A stretch of 64,000 bases of DNA, taken from assembly GCA_022828085.1 (NCBI GenBank), contig JAJEIY010000036.1, forward strand, positions 151,783 to 215,782, written 5' to 3'. The notes under the pieces were generated by a model. That model did no database searches. It worked only from the letters and a program-made list of their open reading frames with translations, and was not told the origin of the DNA. The position numbers and the translations under genes are program-made. The stretch's first letter is position 1, and every line of letters starts with the position of its first letter. The DNA is from Acidobacteriota bacterium. Its GTDB lineage: Bacteria; Acidobacteriota; Vicinamibacteria; Marinacidobacterales; Marinacidobacteraceae. This document shows, piece by piece, positions 28,461 to 37,586 of this stretch.

Positions 28461-29722
28461 CGGCGGGGATCATGCCACCCGGCCCCGGCGTCCGGAAACC
28501 CGGGGAGCGGTTGCGCTTCGACGCTCGCTCCGGCGGGCATCGCCTCCGTGTCCTCCGGCACGATCACGAGGGCGTTGGCGAGCGCCACCGCCGCGATGTC
28601 GCCCGATCCCTGGGAGCGGATCGGCCGCGCCGTCAGGGTCCCGTCGTCCGCGACCCCCACCCGGGCGGGCAGGAAGGCGCGCCGCGGTCCGCTCCCCCTG
28701 ACCGGGGCGAGCAGGCGCACCGATGGGCGCGGCGGCCTCGCATCGGCGACCCCCTGCATCGCGTCGAGGGCCGGACGGGCGAAGACTTCGAAGGTGGTGA
28801 GCGCCGAAACCGGATTGCCGGGCAGGCCGAAGACGAGGACCGGAGGGGCGTCCCCGGTGATCCCGAAGACGAAAGGCTTGCCGGGACGGATGGCGACCGC
28901 GGTCACCAGGAGCCGGACCCCGGCCCGTTCGAGCACCGGCTCGACGTAGTCGTAGCGCCCCATGGACACGCCGCCGCTGATGAAGAGCACGTCCGCGGCG
29001 AGGCCGGAAGCAACTGTCGCGGCAAGGTGGTCGGGATCATCGGCGGCGAACCCCAACCGCCGGACCGGGAGTCCCAGGGCGCGGCAGCGGGCGGCGATCA
29101 GGTGGCTGTTCGCGTCCCGGATTTCCGCGGGCCGCGGTCTGGCGGTCCGCGGATGCCGGAGTTCGTCGCCCGTGGAGAACACGGCGATCCGGGGCCGCCG
29201 GGCGACCTCCACCCGGACCTTGCCGACGGTGGCGAGGAGCCCCACGGCCGCCGGCGAAACCCGGACGCCGGCCTTGAGGAGCTTCGCACCCCGCAGAACC
29301 TCGGCGCCCCGGGCGGTGACCCGGTTCCCCGGCTCGACGGCGGGCGGCGTCCTTCCCGGAGCCGGCCACACGACGAAGTCGCCGTCGCGAACGGTGTCCT
29401 CCACCATGATGGCGGCGTCCGCGCCCTCCGGCAGCGGGGCGCCCGTCATGATGGCCGCCGCTTCTCCCGGGCCCAACCGGACCTTCGGCATCGTCCCCGC
29501 GGGGATGTGGTCGACGACCCGCAGCCGGCCGCCGCCCGCGAGGCAGGCGGCGCGGACGGCGTAACCGTCCACCGCCGAGCGGTGGAAGGGGGGCAGGTCC
29601 CGGTCCGCGAAGACGTCCTCCCGGAGCACCCGCCCCCGGGCCGCTCCGAGCCCGACCGTCTCGGCCGGCAGGCGCGGAGCCCGTTCGAGGATCCGGCGGA
29701 GCGCTTCCTCGACCGAAATCAA
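28457..29722 (-). CDS. moeA: molybdopterin molybdotransferase MoeA
   Basis: 421 aa; MoeA N/linker/MoCF-binding/C domains (FSTGDEL, SGGVSMG). Confidence 0.9.
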   Translation of the reverse strand: MISVEEALRRILERAPRLPAETVGLGAARGRVLREDVFADRDLPPFHRSAVDGYAVRAACLAGGGRLRVVDHIPAGTMPKVRLGPGEAAAIMTGAPLPEGADAAIMVEDTVRDGDFVVWPAPGRTPPAVEPGNRVTARGAEVLRGAKLLKAGVRVSPAAVGLLATVGKVRVEVARRPRIAVFSTGDELRHPRTARPRPAEIRDANSHLIAARCRALGLPVRRLGFAADDPDHLAATVASGLAADVLFISGGVSMGRYDYVEPVLERAGVRLLVTAVAIRPGKPFVFGITGDAPPVLVFGLPGNPVSALTTFEVFARPALDAMQGVADARPPRPSVRLLAPVRGSGPRRAFLPARVGVADDGTLTARPIRSQGSGDIAAVALANALVIVPEDTEAMPAGASVEAQPLPGFPDAGAGWHDPRR

Positions 29723-29744
29723 GGATGTCTCGGGATCCCGGCGG

Positions 29745-30092
29745 TCAGGCGTCCGTCGTGAAGCTGGCGACCGCCTGATCTTCGGTCTCGAACACCTCGA
29801 ACAACGGCAGCACCCGGGCGACGTTCATCACGTGAACGACGCGCTCCCGCGGGTGGAGGGCCTTGAGGGCGCCGCCCGCGCGGGCGACGCGCCGGGCGGC
29901 CGCGACGAGTTCGCCGAGGCCCGCGCTGTCGATCGCGCTGACCCCGCTGAGATCGACGACGATTCGGGTGCGGCCCGAGTCGAGGAGCACGTCCACGGCC
30001 TCCCTAAGCTCCTGGTCACCGTGGCCGTCCACCAGGCGGCCGTTCAATTGCAGCAACGAGACGCCGCCCCGTTCCCTCAGGTCAAGTTGCAT
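29745..30092 (-). CDS. STAS-domain anti-sigma-factor antagonist (SpoIIAA-like)
   Basis: 115 aa; ...VVDLSGVSAIDSAGLGELV... is the STAS signature with a conserved Ser. Confidence 0.8.
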   Translation of the reverse strand: MQLDLRERGGVSLLQLNGRLVDGHGDQELREAVDVLLDSGRTRIVVDLSGVSAIDSAGLGELVAAARRVARAGGALKALHPRERVVHVMNVARVLPLFEVFETEDQAVASFTTDA

Positions 30093-30096
30093 CGGG

Positions 30097-31998
30097 CTAC
30101 CCGATCAGGTCGTTGAGCGCCTGGCGGTCGATACGGATCTCGTAGCGCTCGCCCGCGGCCCCGACGAACGCGGCCCAGATCCGCTGTTTCTTCTCTTCGG
30201 CCATCTGCGCCCGGAACGGCTCCTGCTGCTCTTCGAACGTCGCCTCGGCGAAACCCTCTTTTCCGTTGATCCGGATGACGGCGTAGCCGCGGTCCGCCTC
30301 CAGCGGGCCGACGAGGTCTCCGACCTCGGCGCCGAAGACCGTCTCCTCGTGGTCGGGGAGCATTCCGGCGATCCCGAGCGGACTGCCGCGGAACCAGCGA
30401 TCCAGGGGCGTGGGATCGGTTTCGACGGTCCGGCCGCCGGCGACCCGGTCCCGAAGCGCCTGTCCGGCCTCCTCAGCCAGGGAACGGGCCCGCTCTTCCT
30501 CGAGTTCGGCAATCACCTGCTCGCGAATGTCCTCGAACTCGGGGACGTGGGGCGGCCGTTCCTCGAGGACTTCCACGAATCCGTAGCCGGTCGGCAGCCG
30601 GACCGGGCCGCCCACCGCTCCGATTTCGAGTTCGAAGGCGAGCGTGGAGAGTGCCGCCGACCCGGCCCCGGCAACCGATTCCCCGGCGGCGAAGAAGTCC
30701 GATTCCTGCGGGATCAGCAGCGGGTGGTCGCGGGTCAGTTCGTCCAGCGAATCGGCGCCCGCGACGAGCCCCTCCAGTTCGAGGGCCCGCTCGGTGAGGA
30801 GATCGCCGGCCTTTCCCTGCCGCAGGCGGCTTTCGATCTCGCCCTCCACTTCGCTCAACTCCCGGGTCTCCGCGGGTTGGCGGCTGTCGAGCCGCACCAC
30901 GTGCCAGCCGTAGTCGGTGCGGACGGGATCGCTGATCTCGCCCGGCATCATGCTGAAGACCGCTTCCGAGAACTCGGGCACCATTTCCTCCGGGCCGAAG
31001 ACGCCGAGGGCTCCCCCCGCTTCCCGGGTCGCTTCGTCAGCGGAATAGGTCCGCGCGAGTTCCGCGAAGTCTTCGCCGGTGCGCGCCCGCTCGGCGAGCC
31101 GGGACGCGAGGGTGCGGGTGGCGTCCTCATCGCTTTCCGTCTCCGCCTGCAGCAGGATGTGACTGGCTTCCGCCTGCTCCCCCGTCTGGTACTGGAACAG
31201 GTTGCGGTTGTAGTAGCGCTGGATCTCGCGCTGCCGGACCGAGACCTCCTCGGCGAGGATCTGCTCGGAGAGCGTCAGGTAGCGGATCCGCCGCTGCTCC
31301 GGGACCTCGAACGCCGCCGGTTCCGCCTCGTATCGCTCGCGCGCCTCCGCCTCGGTGACCTCCACGTCGCCGCGCCGGCTGTCTACGGTCAGGAACCAGA
31401 CGTCGAGCGAGGCGCTCTCGTTGCGGCGCCGGTATTCCTCCCTCAGTTCCAGGTCGGACACGTGCGGTGACTCGGTGACCAGCGACCGGAGCTTCTCGGT
31501 CATCAGGTCGGACCGCACGGAATCCTCGAAGTCCCGCGGGTTCAGCCGGGCGGCGCGCAGCATGGCGAGATAGGCGTCCCGGCCGATGAAGACCCCGTTC
31601 TCCTGAAAGGTGGGAGAGGTGGCGATGCTGGTTCCGACTTCGGCGTTGGTGACCTCGATTCCGAGACGTTCCGCTTCCCGGACCAGCACCTGGCTGCGCA
31701 CGAGCTCGCCCACGACCTGCTCCGGAATGCCGAGTTGACGGGCCAGGGCGGGAGAGAAGTCGCCGCCGCTCTGTTCCTGGTACATGCGCGCGACGTTCCG
31801 ATACCGGTCCAGGAAGGTCGATGCCGGGATCGCCTCGCCATCTACCCAGGCGACGCCGCGGCGCATCGCGGCAGTGGCCGGGTCTCCCATGAAGTCCGGG
31901 AAATAGAGGGCGACGAACGCCAGGATGACCAGAGCGAGCAGGCCGGCGCCGACGAACCAGCCGACCGACCGGCGGTCGCGGAAATACTCAAGGATCAT
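30097..31998 (-). CDS. ppiD: peptidyl-prolyl cis-trans isomerase D (SurA-N domain + parvulin), membrane-anchored periplasmic chaperone
   Basis: 633 aa; N-terminal TM, SurA-like N domain, parvulin PPIase core (GWHVVRL). Confidence 0.85.
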   Translation of the reverse strand: MILEYFRDRRSVGWFVGAGLLALVILAFVALYFPDFMGDPATAAMRRGVAWVDGEAIPASTFLDRYRNVARMYQEQSGGDFSPALARQLGIPEQVVGELVRSQVLVREAERLGIEVTNAEVGTSIATSPTFQENGVFIGRDAYLAMLRAARLNPRDFEDSVRSDLMTEKLRSLVTESPHVSDLELREEYRRRNESASLDVWFLTVDSRRGDVEVTEAEARERYEAEPAAFEVPEQRRIRYLTLSEQILAEEVSVRQREIQRYYNRNLFQYQTGEQAEASHILLQAETESDEDATRTLASRLAERARTGEDFAELARTYSADEATREAGGALGVFGPEEMVPEFSEAVFSMMPGEISDPVRTDYGWHVVRLDSRQPAETRELSEVEGEIESRLRQGKAGDLLTERALELEGLVAGADSLDELTRDHPLLIPQESDFFAAGESVAGAGSAALSTLAFELEIGAVGGPVRLPTGYGFVEVLEERPPHVPEFEDIREQVIAELEEERARSLAEEAGQALRDRVAGGRTVETDPTPLDRWFRGSPLGIAGMLPDHEETVFGAEVGDLVGPLEADRGYAVIRINGKEGFAEATFEEQQEPFRAQMAEEKKQRIWAAFVGAAGERYEIRIDRQALNDLIG

Positions 31999-32165
31999 GG
32001 CAACCGGCCATGGTACCGCCGAGGGCTGCCGGCCGGCAAACCCGGACGAGAAAACGCACGGCTTGAGACTGTCACGATCGCGGTTTCACTGGTACTCTCT
32101 CGCCGCATTTCCCGTCCCGGTCTTCCTGAAATCCTCGACCCAGTGCCGCTACCCGGCCTCGCCTG

Positions 32166-33194
32166 ATGCTCAAATACCTACTCAGTCTCTTCTCGGTTGA
32201 TCTCGCGGTAGATCTCGGGACCGCCAACACCCTCATCTATACCCAGGATTCGGGCATCATCCTCCGCGAGCCGTCGGTGGTGGCCATGAACACGGTCACC
32301 AAGCGGGTGGAGGCGGTCGGGGCCGAGGCGTACGACATGGTCGGCAAGACCCCCGACCACATCAAGGCGATCCGTCCGATGCAGGACGGGGTGATCGCCG
32401 ATTTCGAGGCGGCGGAGCGGATGATCAGCCACTTCGTCCAGAAGGCGTTGGGACGGCGGCGCTGGGCGGCGCCCCGGATGGTGGTCGGCGTGCCTCTCAG
32501 GATCACCCCCGTGGAGCGGCGCGCGGTCCGCGACAGCGTCCTCCGGGCGCGGGCCAGCGAGGTGTTCCTGGTCCAACAGCCGATCGCGGCCGCCATCGGC
32601 GCGGGACTCGACGTCACCACTCCGATCGGCTGCTGCGTGGTGGATATCGGCGGGGGCACGACCGACATCGCGGTCATCTCGCTCTCGGGGATCGCGGCCG
32701 GCACGTCGGTGCGCGCCGCGGGCGACATGTTCACGCAGGGGATCATCGAACACCTGCGGCGGGCCCATGGACTGCTGGTCGGCGAGCGGACGGGCGAGCG
32801 GATCAAGATGGCGCTCGGGAGCGCCCGGCCCGGAATGCAGGCGCGCAGCATGGAAATCCGCGGGCGGGACCTGTCGCGGATGTCCCCGGCCACGCTGACG
32901 GTGACCGATCAGGACATCCGGGAGGGTCTGAGCGGTCCGCTGCACCAGCTTCTCACCGCCGTGGCGAACGTGCTCGAGAAGGTGGAACCCGAACTTTCCG
33001 CGGACCTGGTGGAAAACGGGATTCTGCTGACGGGCGGCGGCGCGCTCCTCGAGGGGTTGCCGGAGCTGCTCGCCGACGAGACGAACCTGGCGGTCAAGGT
33101 GGCCGAGCACCCGCTCGACTGCGTCGTGAACGGGGCCGGCGTCATGCTGGAGCGCATGGACCTGCTCCAGCAGGTCTCCCGGCACGACGCCTGA
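32166..33194 (+). CDS. mreB: rod shape-determining protein MreB
   Basis: 342 aa; actin-fold motifs DLGTANT, VVDIGGGTTDIAV. Confidence 0.95.
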   Translation: MLKYLLSLFSVDLAVDLGTANTLIYTQDSGIILREPSVVAMNTVTKRVEAVGAEAYDMVGKTPDHIKAIRPMQDGVIADFEAAERMISHFVQKALGRRRWAAPRMVVGVPLRITPVERRAVRDSVLRARASEVFLVQQPIAAAIGAGLDVTTPIGCCVVDIGGGTTDIAVISLSGIAAGTSVRAAGDMFTQGIIEHLRRAHGLLVGERTGERIKMALGSARPGMQARSMEIRGRDLSRMSPATLTVTDQDIREGLSGPLHQLLTAVANVLEKVEPELSADLVENGILLTGGGALLEGLPELLADETNLAVKVAEHPLDCVVNGAGVMLERMDLLQQVSRHDA

Positions 33195-33264
33195 GCCCGG
33201 CGGGCTAACCTAGTTTCAACGATGCAATCACCAAGGCCGGCCTGAAGGAGGAAAGCAGCCACCG

Positions 33265-34101
33265 GTGCCCGGGAAACGTGGCCACGGAATCCTCCTGGGG
33301 ATCGTGTTGGCCGCCAACTTCCTGGGACTGACCTTTCAGGTGCGGAGCGGGATCGGCGTTCCGATTCGGGACGGCCTGGCCGCCGTCTTCGGCGGGGGCC
33401 AGAGTTTCGTGGTCAACTCGACGCGCGCGGTGTCGTCGTGGGCGGAGACCGTGGGAGATGCGCACGAGATGCGGCTGGCCCGCGACGCGTTGCGCGACCG
33501 GGTGGCCCGGCTGGAGTGGGAACTGACCGTCCAGCGGGGGATGCTCGAGCGGGCGCGCGGGTTCACAAGCCTGGATGCCGCGGCCATGGACCTGGGCGAG
33601 CCGGTTTCCGGCGAGGTCGTCGGTGTCAGCGCATCGCCGCTGGATCGCACCGTCACCGTGAACCGCGGCAGCCGGCACGGCATCGAGCGCGATGCGCCGG
33701 TGATGGCCGCCAGCGGGCTCGTGGGGCGGATCGTGGCGGTCGGGCCCGGGGTCAGCCAGGTCGAGCTGCTGTCGGCTTCGACCGCGGCCGTCGCCGTCAT
33801 CACATCCTCCAGTCGCACCCGCGGAGTGGTCCGGGCCGCCGCGGCGGAGGACGGCGCGAGGGGCTACGAACTGCATTTCGTGCCGGTAGGACAGGCGATC
33901 GCCATCGGCGAAGAGGTGATTTCGAGCGGGCTCGATCAGCTGTATCCCAAGGGGCTCCTGGTGGGGCGGGTGGCGGCGGTCCATGAGGGCGCCGGTCTGC
34001 TCCTCGCAATCGCCGTCGAGCCGGCCGTGGATTTCAACACCCTCGAACGGGTGTTCGTGCTGCCGCGCCAGGCCGATTTCGGGCTGGCCCCCGAGCCCTG
34101 A
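33265..34101 (+). CDS. mreC: rod shape-determining protein MreC
   Basis: 278 aa; N-terminal TM, coiled coil and beta domains. Position between mreB and mreD. GTG start with AAGGAGGA upstream. Confidence 0.85.
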   Translation: MPGKRGHGILLGIVLAANFLGLTFQVRSGIGVPIRDGLAAVFGGGQSFVVNSTRAVSSWAETVGDAHEMRLARDALRDRVARLEWELTVQRGMLERARGFTSLDAAAMDLGEPVSGEVVGVSASPLDRTVTVNRGSRHGIERDAPVMAASGLVGRIVAVGPGVSQVELLSASTAAVAVITSSSRTRGVVRAAAAEDGARGYELHFVPVGQAIAIGEEVISSGLDQLYPKGLLVGRVAAVHEGAGLLLAIAVEPAVDFNTLERVFVLPRQADFGLAPEP

Positions 34102-34110
34102 CGCCGCGCC

Positions 34111-34596
34111 ATGAGCTATGCGCGAGCCGCCGTCGCGGTGGTTGCCGCCTTTCTGCTCCAGACCGCGGTACTGCCGCTCACCGTGGGCGAAGGGGTGACG
34201 CCGGATTTCCTGCTCGCCACCGCCGCGGCGGTGGCGCTGCTCGCGGGGACCGGTCCGGCCATCGGATTTGGTCTCGCGACGGGGCTCTTGCAGGATTCGT
34301 TCTCAGGTGGTCTTCTCGGCATGAATGGTTTTTCGAAGCCCCTGGTCGTCTTCCTGGCGGCGCGCGGACGCGAGCACCCTCCGCTGGACACGCGGGCGGG
34401 GATTCCGCTGCTGCTTGTGTTTGCCGCCGCCGCCGATCTGGCGATTCTCTGGGCCCTTGGCGAAGTCGCCGGATTCACCGCGATTCCCGCCCGGGAACTG
34501 GGGGCGGCCGCCTACGGCATCCCCATCACGGTGATCTACGGACTTCTGGTGGTCCGGTTCCTCAAGCCCCGGCCGGCGGGGTACGGGGCGCCATGA
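34111..34596 (+). CDS. mreD: rod shape-determining protein MreD
   Basis: 161 aa polytopic membrane protein in the mreBCD position. Confidence 0.75.
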   Translation: MSYARAAVAVVAAFLLQTAVLPLTVGEGVTPDFLLATAAAVALLAGTGPAIGFGLATGLLQDSFSGGLLGMNGFSKPLVVFLAARGREHPPLDTRAGIPLLLVFAAAADLAILWALGEVAGFTAIPARELGAAAYGIPITVIYGLLVVRFLKPRPAGYGAP

Positions 34597-34615
34597 GGCG
34601 CTTGCCGGGCGCATC

Positions 34616-36391
34616 GTGATCCACGCCGAGTACCTCGCCCGTATCCGCCGGCGGCTGACGCTGGCGCGCTACCCGCTCTGGGCATTCGTCATCCTGTTGA
34701 CCGTCCGCTTCTGGCAGCTCCAGATCGTGCGGGGCGAGGAGTTCAGCAGTCTCGCCCGGGACAACTATCTCCAGACCGAACGTCACCGCGCTCCCCGGGG
34801 ACTGGTCGTCGACCGGGGTGGGCAGGTCCTCGCCCGGAGCGAGCCGTCGTTCACCCTGCTTGCCGACCAGGCCGGACTCCGCCAGCTCGAGGACCTGGGG
34901 CTTCTCGCGGTGGAGGACGAGGAGCGTGCCGGGCTGGAGGCGCGGGCGGCCCGCGGCCCGGCTGTGGTGCGCTCCGGGATTCCGTTCGCCGAAGCGGCCT
35001 TCTTCGAAGCGCGCCGGCGGGAACTTCCGGGCGTCCGGGTCGAGTTCGTGCCGGCGCGGGACTACCCGCTCGGTCAGGCCACCGCCCACCTCCTCGGGTA
35101 CGTCGGCGAGGTCACCATGGCGCAGTTGCTGCTCGAGGAGTTCGTCACCGCGGCCTCGGGAGATCTGGTCGGGCAGGACGGGATCGAGCGGGTCTACAAC
35201 CAGACCCTGGTCGGTTCCGACGGGTTCCTGGACCGGGTGGTGGACAGCCGCCAGCGCGTCCTGGTCTCCGGCGGGCTCCGCCGGACGGAACCGGTACGCG
35301 GCGAGACGCTGCAGCTGAGCATCGTCGGCGCGCTCCAGGAGGCGGCGCATCGCGCGTTCGAGGATCAGCGCGGAGCCTTCGTGGCTCTCGACGTCAGGAC
35401 CGGCGCGGTGCTCGGCCTGGGCAGTTATCCGGCAGAGAATCCGGAGGAGTTTCGCGGCGACGCCGGAAAGTTCCGGGCCATGCTTGCCGACCCGGCGACT
35501 CCCCTGCTGAACCGGGCCGTGCAGGGCCGGTATCCGCCCGGTTCGGCCTTCAAGCTGGTCACCGCGGCGGCGGGGCTGGCCGAGGGGGTGGTGGGGCCCG
35601 AAACCCGCATCACCTGCAACGGCCGGGCCCGGGTGGCGGGTCGGACCTTCCACTGCCACCGCACTGAGGGTCACGGCTCCCTGACGCTCCGCGAAGCCAT
35701 CTCGAAGTCGTGCAACGTCTTTTTCTATCGTCTGTCGGAGGCTCTGGACGTGGACGTCATCGCCTCCTACGCGCGGGCCTTCGGCCTCGGCGCGCCGACC
35801 GGCGTGGACCTCCGGAACGAATCCAGTGGCGTCGTCCCGACCCGCGAATGGAAACGCCGGGTCACGGGAGAGCGCTGGTACGCGAGCGAGACGGCCTCGG
35901 TTTCCGTCGGCCAGGGAGCCGTCACCGTGACCCCGATCCAGATGGCCCGGCTGGCGGCGGCGTTCGCCTCGGGGGGGAACATCCCCACGCCGAGACTGGT
36001 GGGCACGGAACCCGGGGGACTGGTGGGCGGCATCCTGCCCGAATACTTCGAATTGATCCGCGACGGGATGCGGGACGCGGTGGTGTCGGGGACGGCGTGG
36101 CGGGCCCGGATGCCCATTCGGGAAGTCGCGGGAAAAACGGGAACGGCCCAGGTGGCGAGCGCGAACGTGGTGGCCGCCAACAACGAGGACCGGCCGTACG
36201 AGCTGCGCACCCACGCCTGGTTCGTCGGGTTCGCGCCGTTCGACGACCCGGAAATCGCGGTCGCCGTGGTGGTCGAACACGGAGGGGCCGGAGGCGCCGC
36301 GGCGGCGCCGATCGGGGGAGAGATTCTGCGGACCTTCTTCGAGGACTCACCCGAGGCCCGAGTGGCCGGCGGGGGAGCGGTGGACGAGTGA
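34616..36391 (+). CDS. mrdA: penicillin-binding protein 2 (peptidoglycan D,D-transpeptidase)
   Basis: 591 aa; SxxK (SAFK), SxN (SKSCN) and KTGT transpeptidase motifs. Confidence 0.92.
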   Translation: MIHAEYLARIRRRLTLARYPLWAFVILLTVRFWQLQIVRGEEFSSLARDNYLQTERHRAPRGLVVDRGGQVLARSEPSFTLLADQAGLRQLEDLGLLAVEDEERAGLEARAARGPAVVRSGIPFAEAAFFEARRRELPGVRVEFVPARDYPLGQATAHLLGYVGEVTMAQLLLEEFVTAASGDLVGQDGIERVYNQTLVGSDGFLDRVVDSRQRVLVSGGLRRTEPVRGETLQLSIVGALQEAAHRAFEDQRGAFVALDVRTGAVLGLGSYPAENPEEFRGDAGKFRAMLADPATPLLNRAVQGRYPPGSAFKLVTAAAGLAEGVVGPETRITCNGRARVAGRTFHCHRTEGHGSLTLREAISKSCNVFFYRLSEALDVDVIASYARAFGLGAPTGVDLRNESSGVVPTREWKRRVTGERWYASETASVSVGQGAVTVTPIQMARLAAAFASGGNIPTPRLVGTEPGGLVGGILPEYFELIRDGMRDAVVSGTAWRARMPIREVAGKTGTAQVASANVVAANNEDRPYELRTHAWFVGFAPFDDPEIAVAVVVEHGGAGGAAAAPIGGEILRTFFEDSPEARVAGGGAVDE

Positions 36392-36404
36392 GTCGTTACG
36401 CGCC

Positions 36405-37508
36405 ATGGAACTGAGAGCCCGCGAGGGGGTGGACCGGGTGCTGCTGGTCTCGGTGGGGCTCCTCGTCCTGATTGCGCTGCTGCTGCTGGAGAGCGCCCTG
36501 CGGGGCGTCGATTCGGGGGCCACCCTCAGTGCGCATGTCATCCGGCTGGGGCTTGCTCTCGGGGTCGGGGTGGCCGCGTACCACATGGATCACCGCCGCC
36601 TGGCTCGCCTGTCCCCGGCGCTGTTCCTGGTGGCGCTCGGCCTCAGCGCGATTGCCATCACCTCCGGCGCCGTTCGGGCGGGAACGCGCCGGTGGCTCGA
36701 GGTGGGCACCCTGACGGTGCAACCCGGCGAGCTGGCGAAGATCTCCCTGGTGCTCCTGTTGGCCCACCTGATCGCCCGCTCCCGGCACGAGCCGCTGAGC
36801 CGCCGCGCCACGGTCGGCTGGATCGCGGCGTCCGGCGCCCTCGTGCTGGCGGTGGCGGCGCAGCCCGATCTGGGGAGCGCGGCGATCCTGTTCGGCATCG
36901 GGGTCGGGATGGTGTTCTTCAGCGGCGTGACGATCTCCCGCAAGTGGATGCTGGCCGCCGGCGGCAGCGCCGTCATGGCCCTGCCGCTGATCTGGGTGTT
37001 CGGCCTGCGTGACTACCAGCGAACCCGGATCCTCTCGTTCCTGAATCCGGAGAGCGATCCTCTGGGGGCGGGGTATCAGACGTTGCAGGCTTCCATCGCG
37101 GTCGGTTCCGGCGGCCTCTTCGGTACCGGGTGGCTTCAGGGGCCGCAGACCAGCCTCCAGTTTCTCCCGGCTCCTCACACCGACTTCGTCTTCGCGGTGC
37201 TTGCCGAGGAGTTCGGGTTCCTGGGCGTGGTGGCCGTGCTCGCGCTCTACCTGGTCCTGGGCCTGCGTCTCCTGCAGATCGCGGTGGAAGCGGTCGAGAA
37301 CAAGGATCCGACCGGCGCCTTCATGGTGGGCGGCTTCTTTCTCATGCTCCATCTCCAGGCGCTCTACAACATCGCGATGGTGGCGGGGATCGTCCCCATC
37401 AAGGGGTTCCCCCTGCCGTTCATGAGTTACGGAGGGAACTCGCTGCTGATCGCCGCGGCGGCCATCGGGTTGGCCGCCTCCGTGCGCCGCCGCAACTTCC
37501 TCACCTGA
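36405..37508 (+). CDS. rodA: SEDS peptidoglycan glycosyltransferase RodA
   Basis: 367 aa polytopic; SEDS signatures (PHTDFVF, FMSYGGNSLL). Confidence 0.92.
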   Translation: MELRAREGVDRVLLVSVGLLVLIALLLLESALRGVDSGATLSAHVIRLGLALGVGVAAYHMDHRRLARLSPALFLVALGLSAIAITSGAVRAGTRRWLEVGTLTVQPGELAKISLVLLLAHLIARSRHEPLSRRATVGWIAASGALVLAVAAQPDLGSAAILFGIGVGMVFFSGVTISRKWMLAAGGSAVMALPLIWVFGLRDYQRTRILSFLNPESDPLGAGYQTLQASIAVGSGGLFGTGWLQGPQTSLQFLPAPHTDFVFAVLAEEFGFLGVVAVLALYLVLGLRLLQIAVEAVENKDPTGAFMVGGFFLMLHLQALYNIAMVAGIVPIKGFPLPFMSYGGNSLLIAAAAIGLAASVRRRNFLT

Positions 37509-37586
37509 CCCTTCGGGGGAGCGGGCGCCGGGATCCTTCCGTGCTACGGTTTCGGCGAACTCCCCGCCGCGTATTCCTGTAGTTCC

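Noticed and set aside
32063-32098. Sigma70-like promoter (TTGAGA ... TACTCT) in the ppiD/mreB divergent region
   Set aside because: Spacing between the hexamers is 24 nt (or a poor -10 at 15 nt). Not convincing, and the lineage's promoter consensus is unknown.
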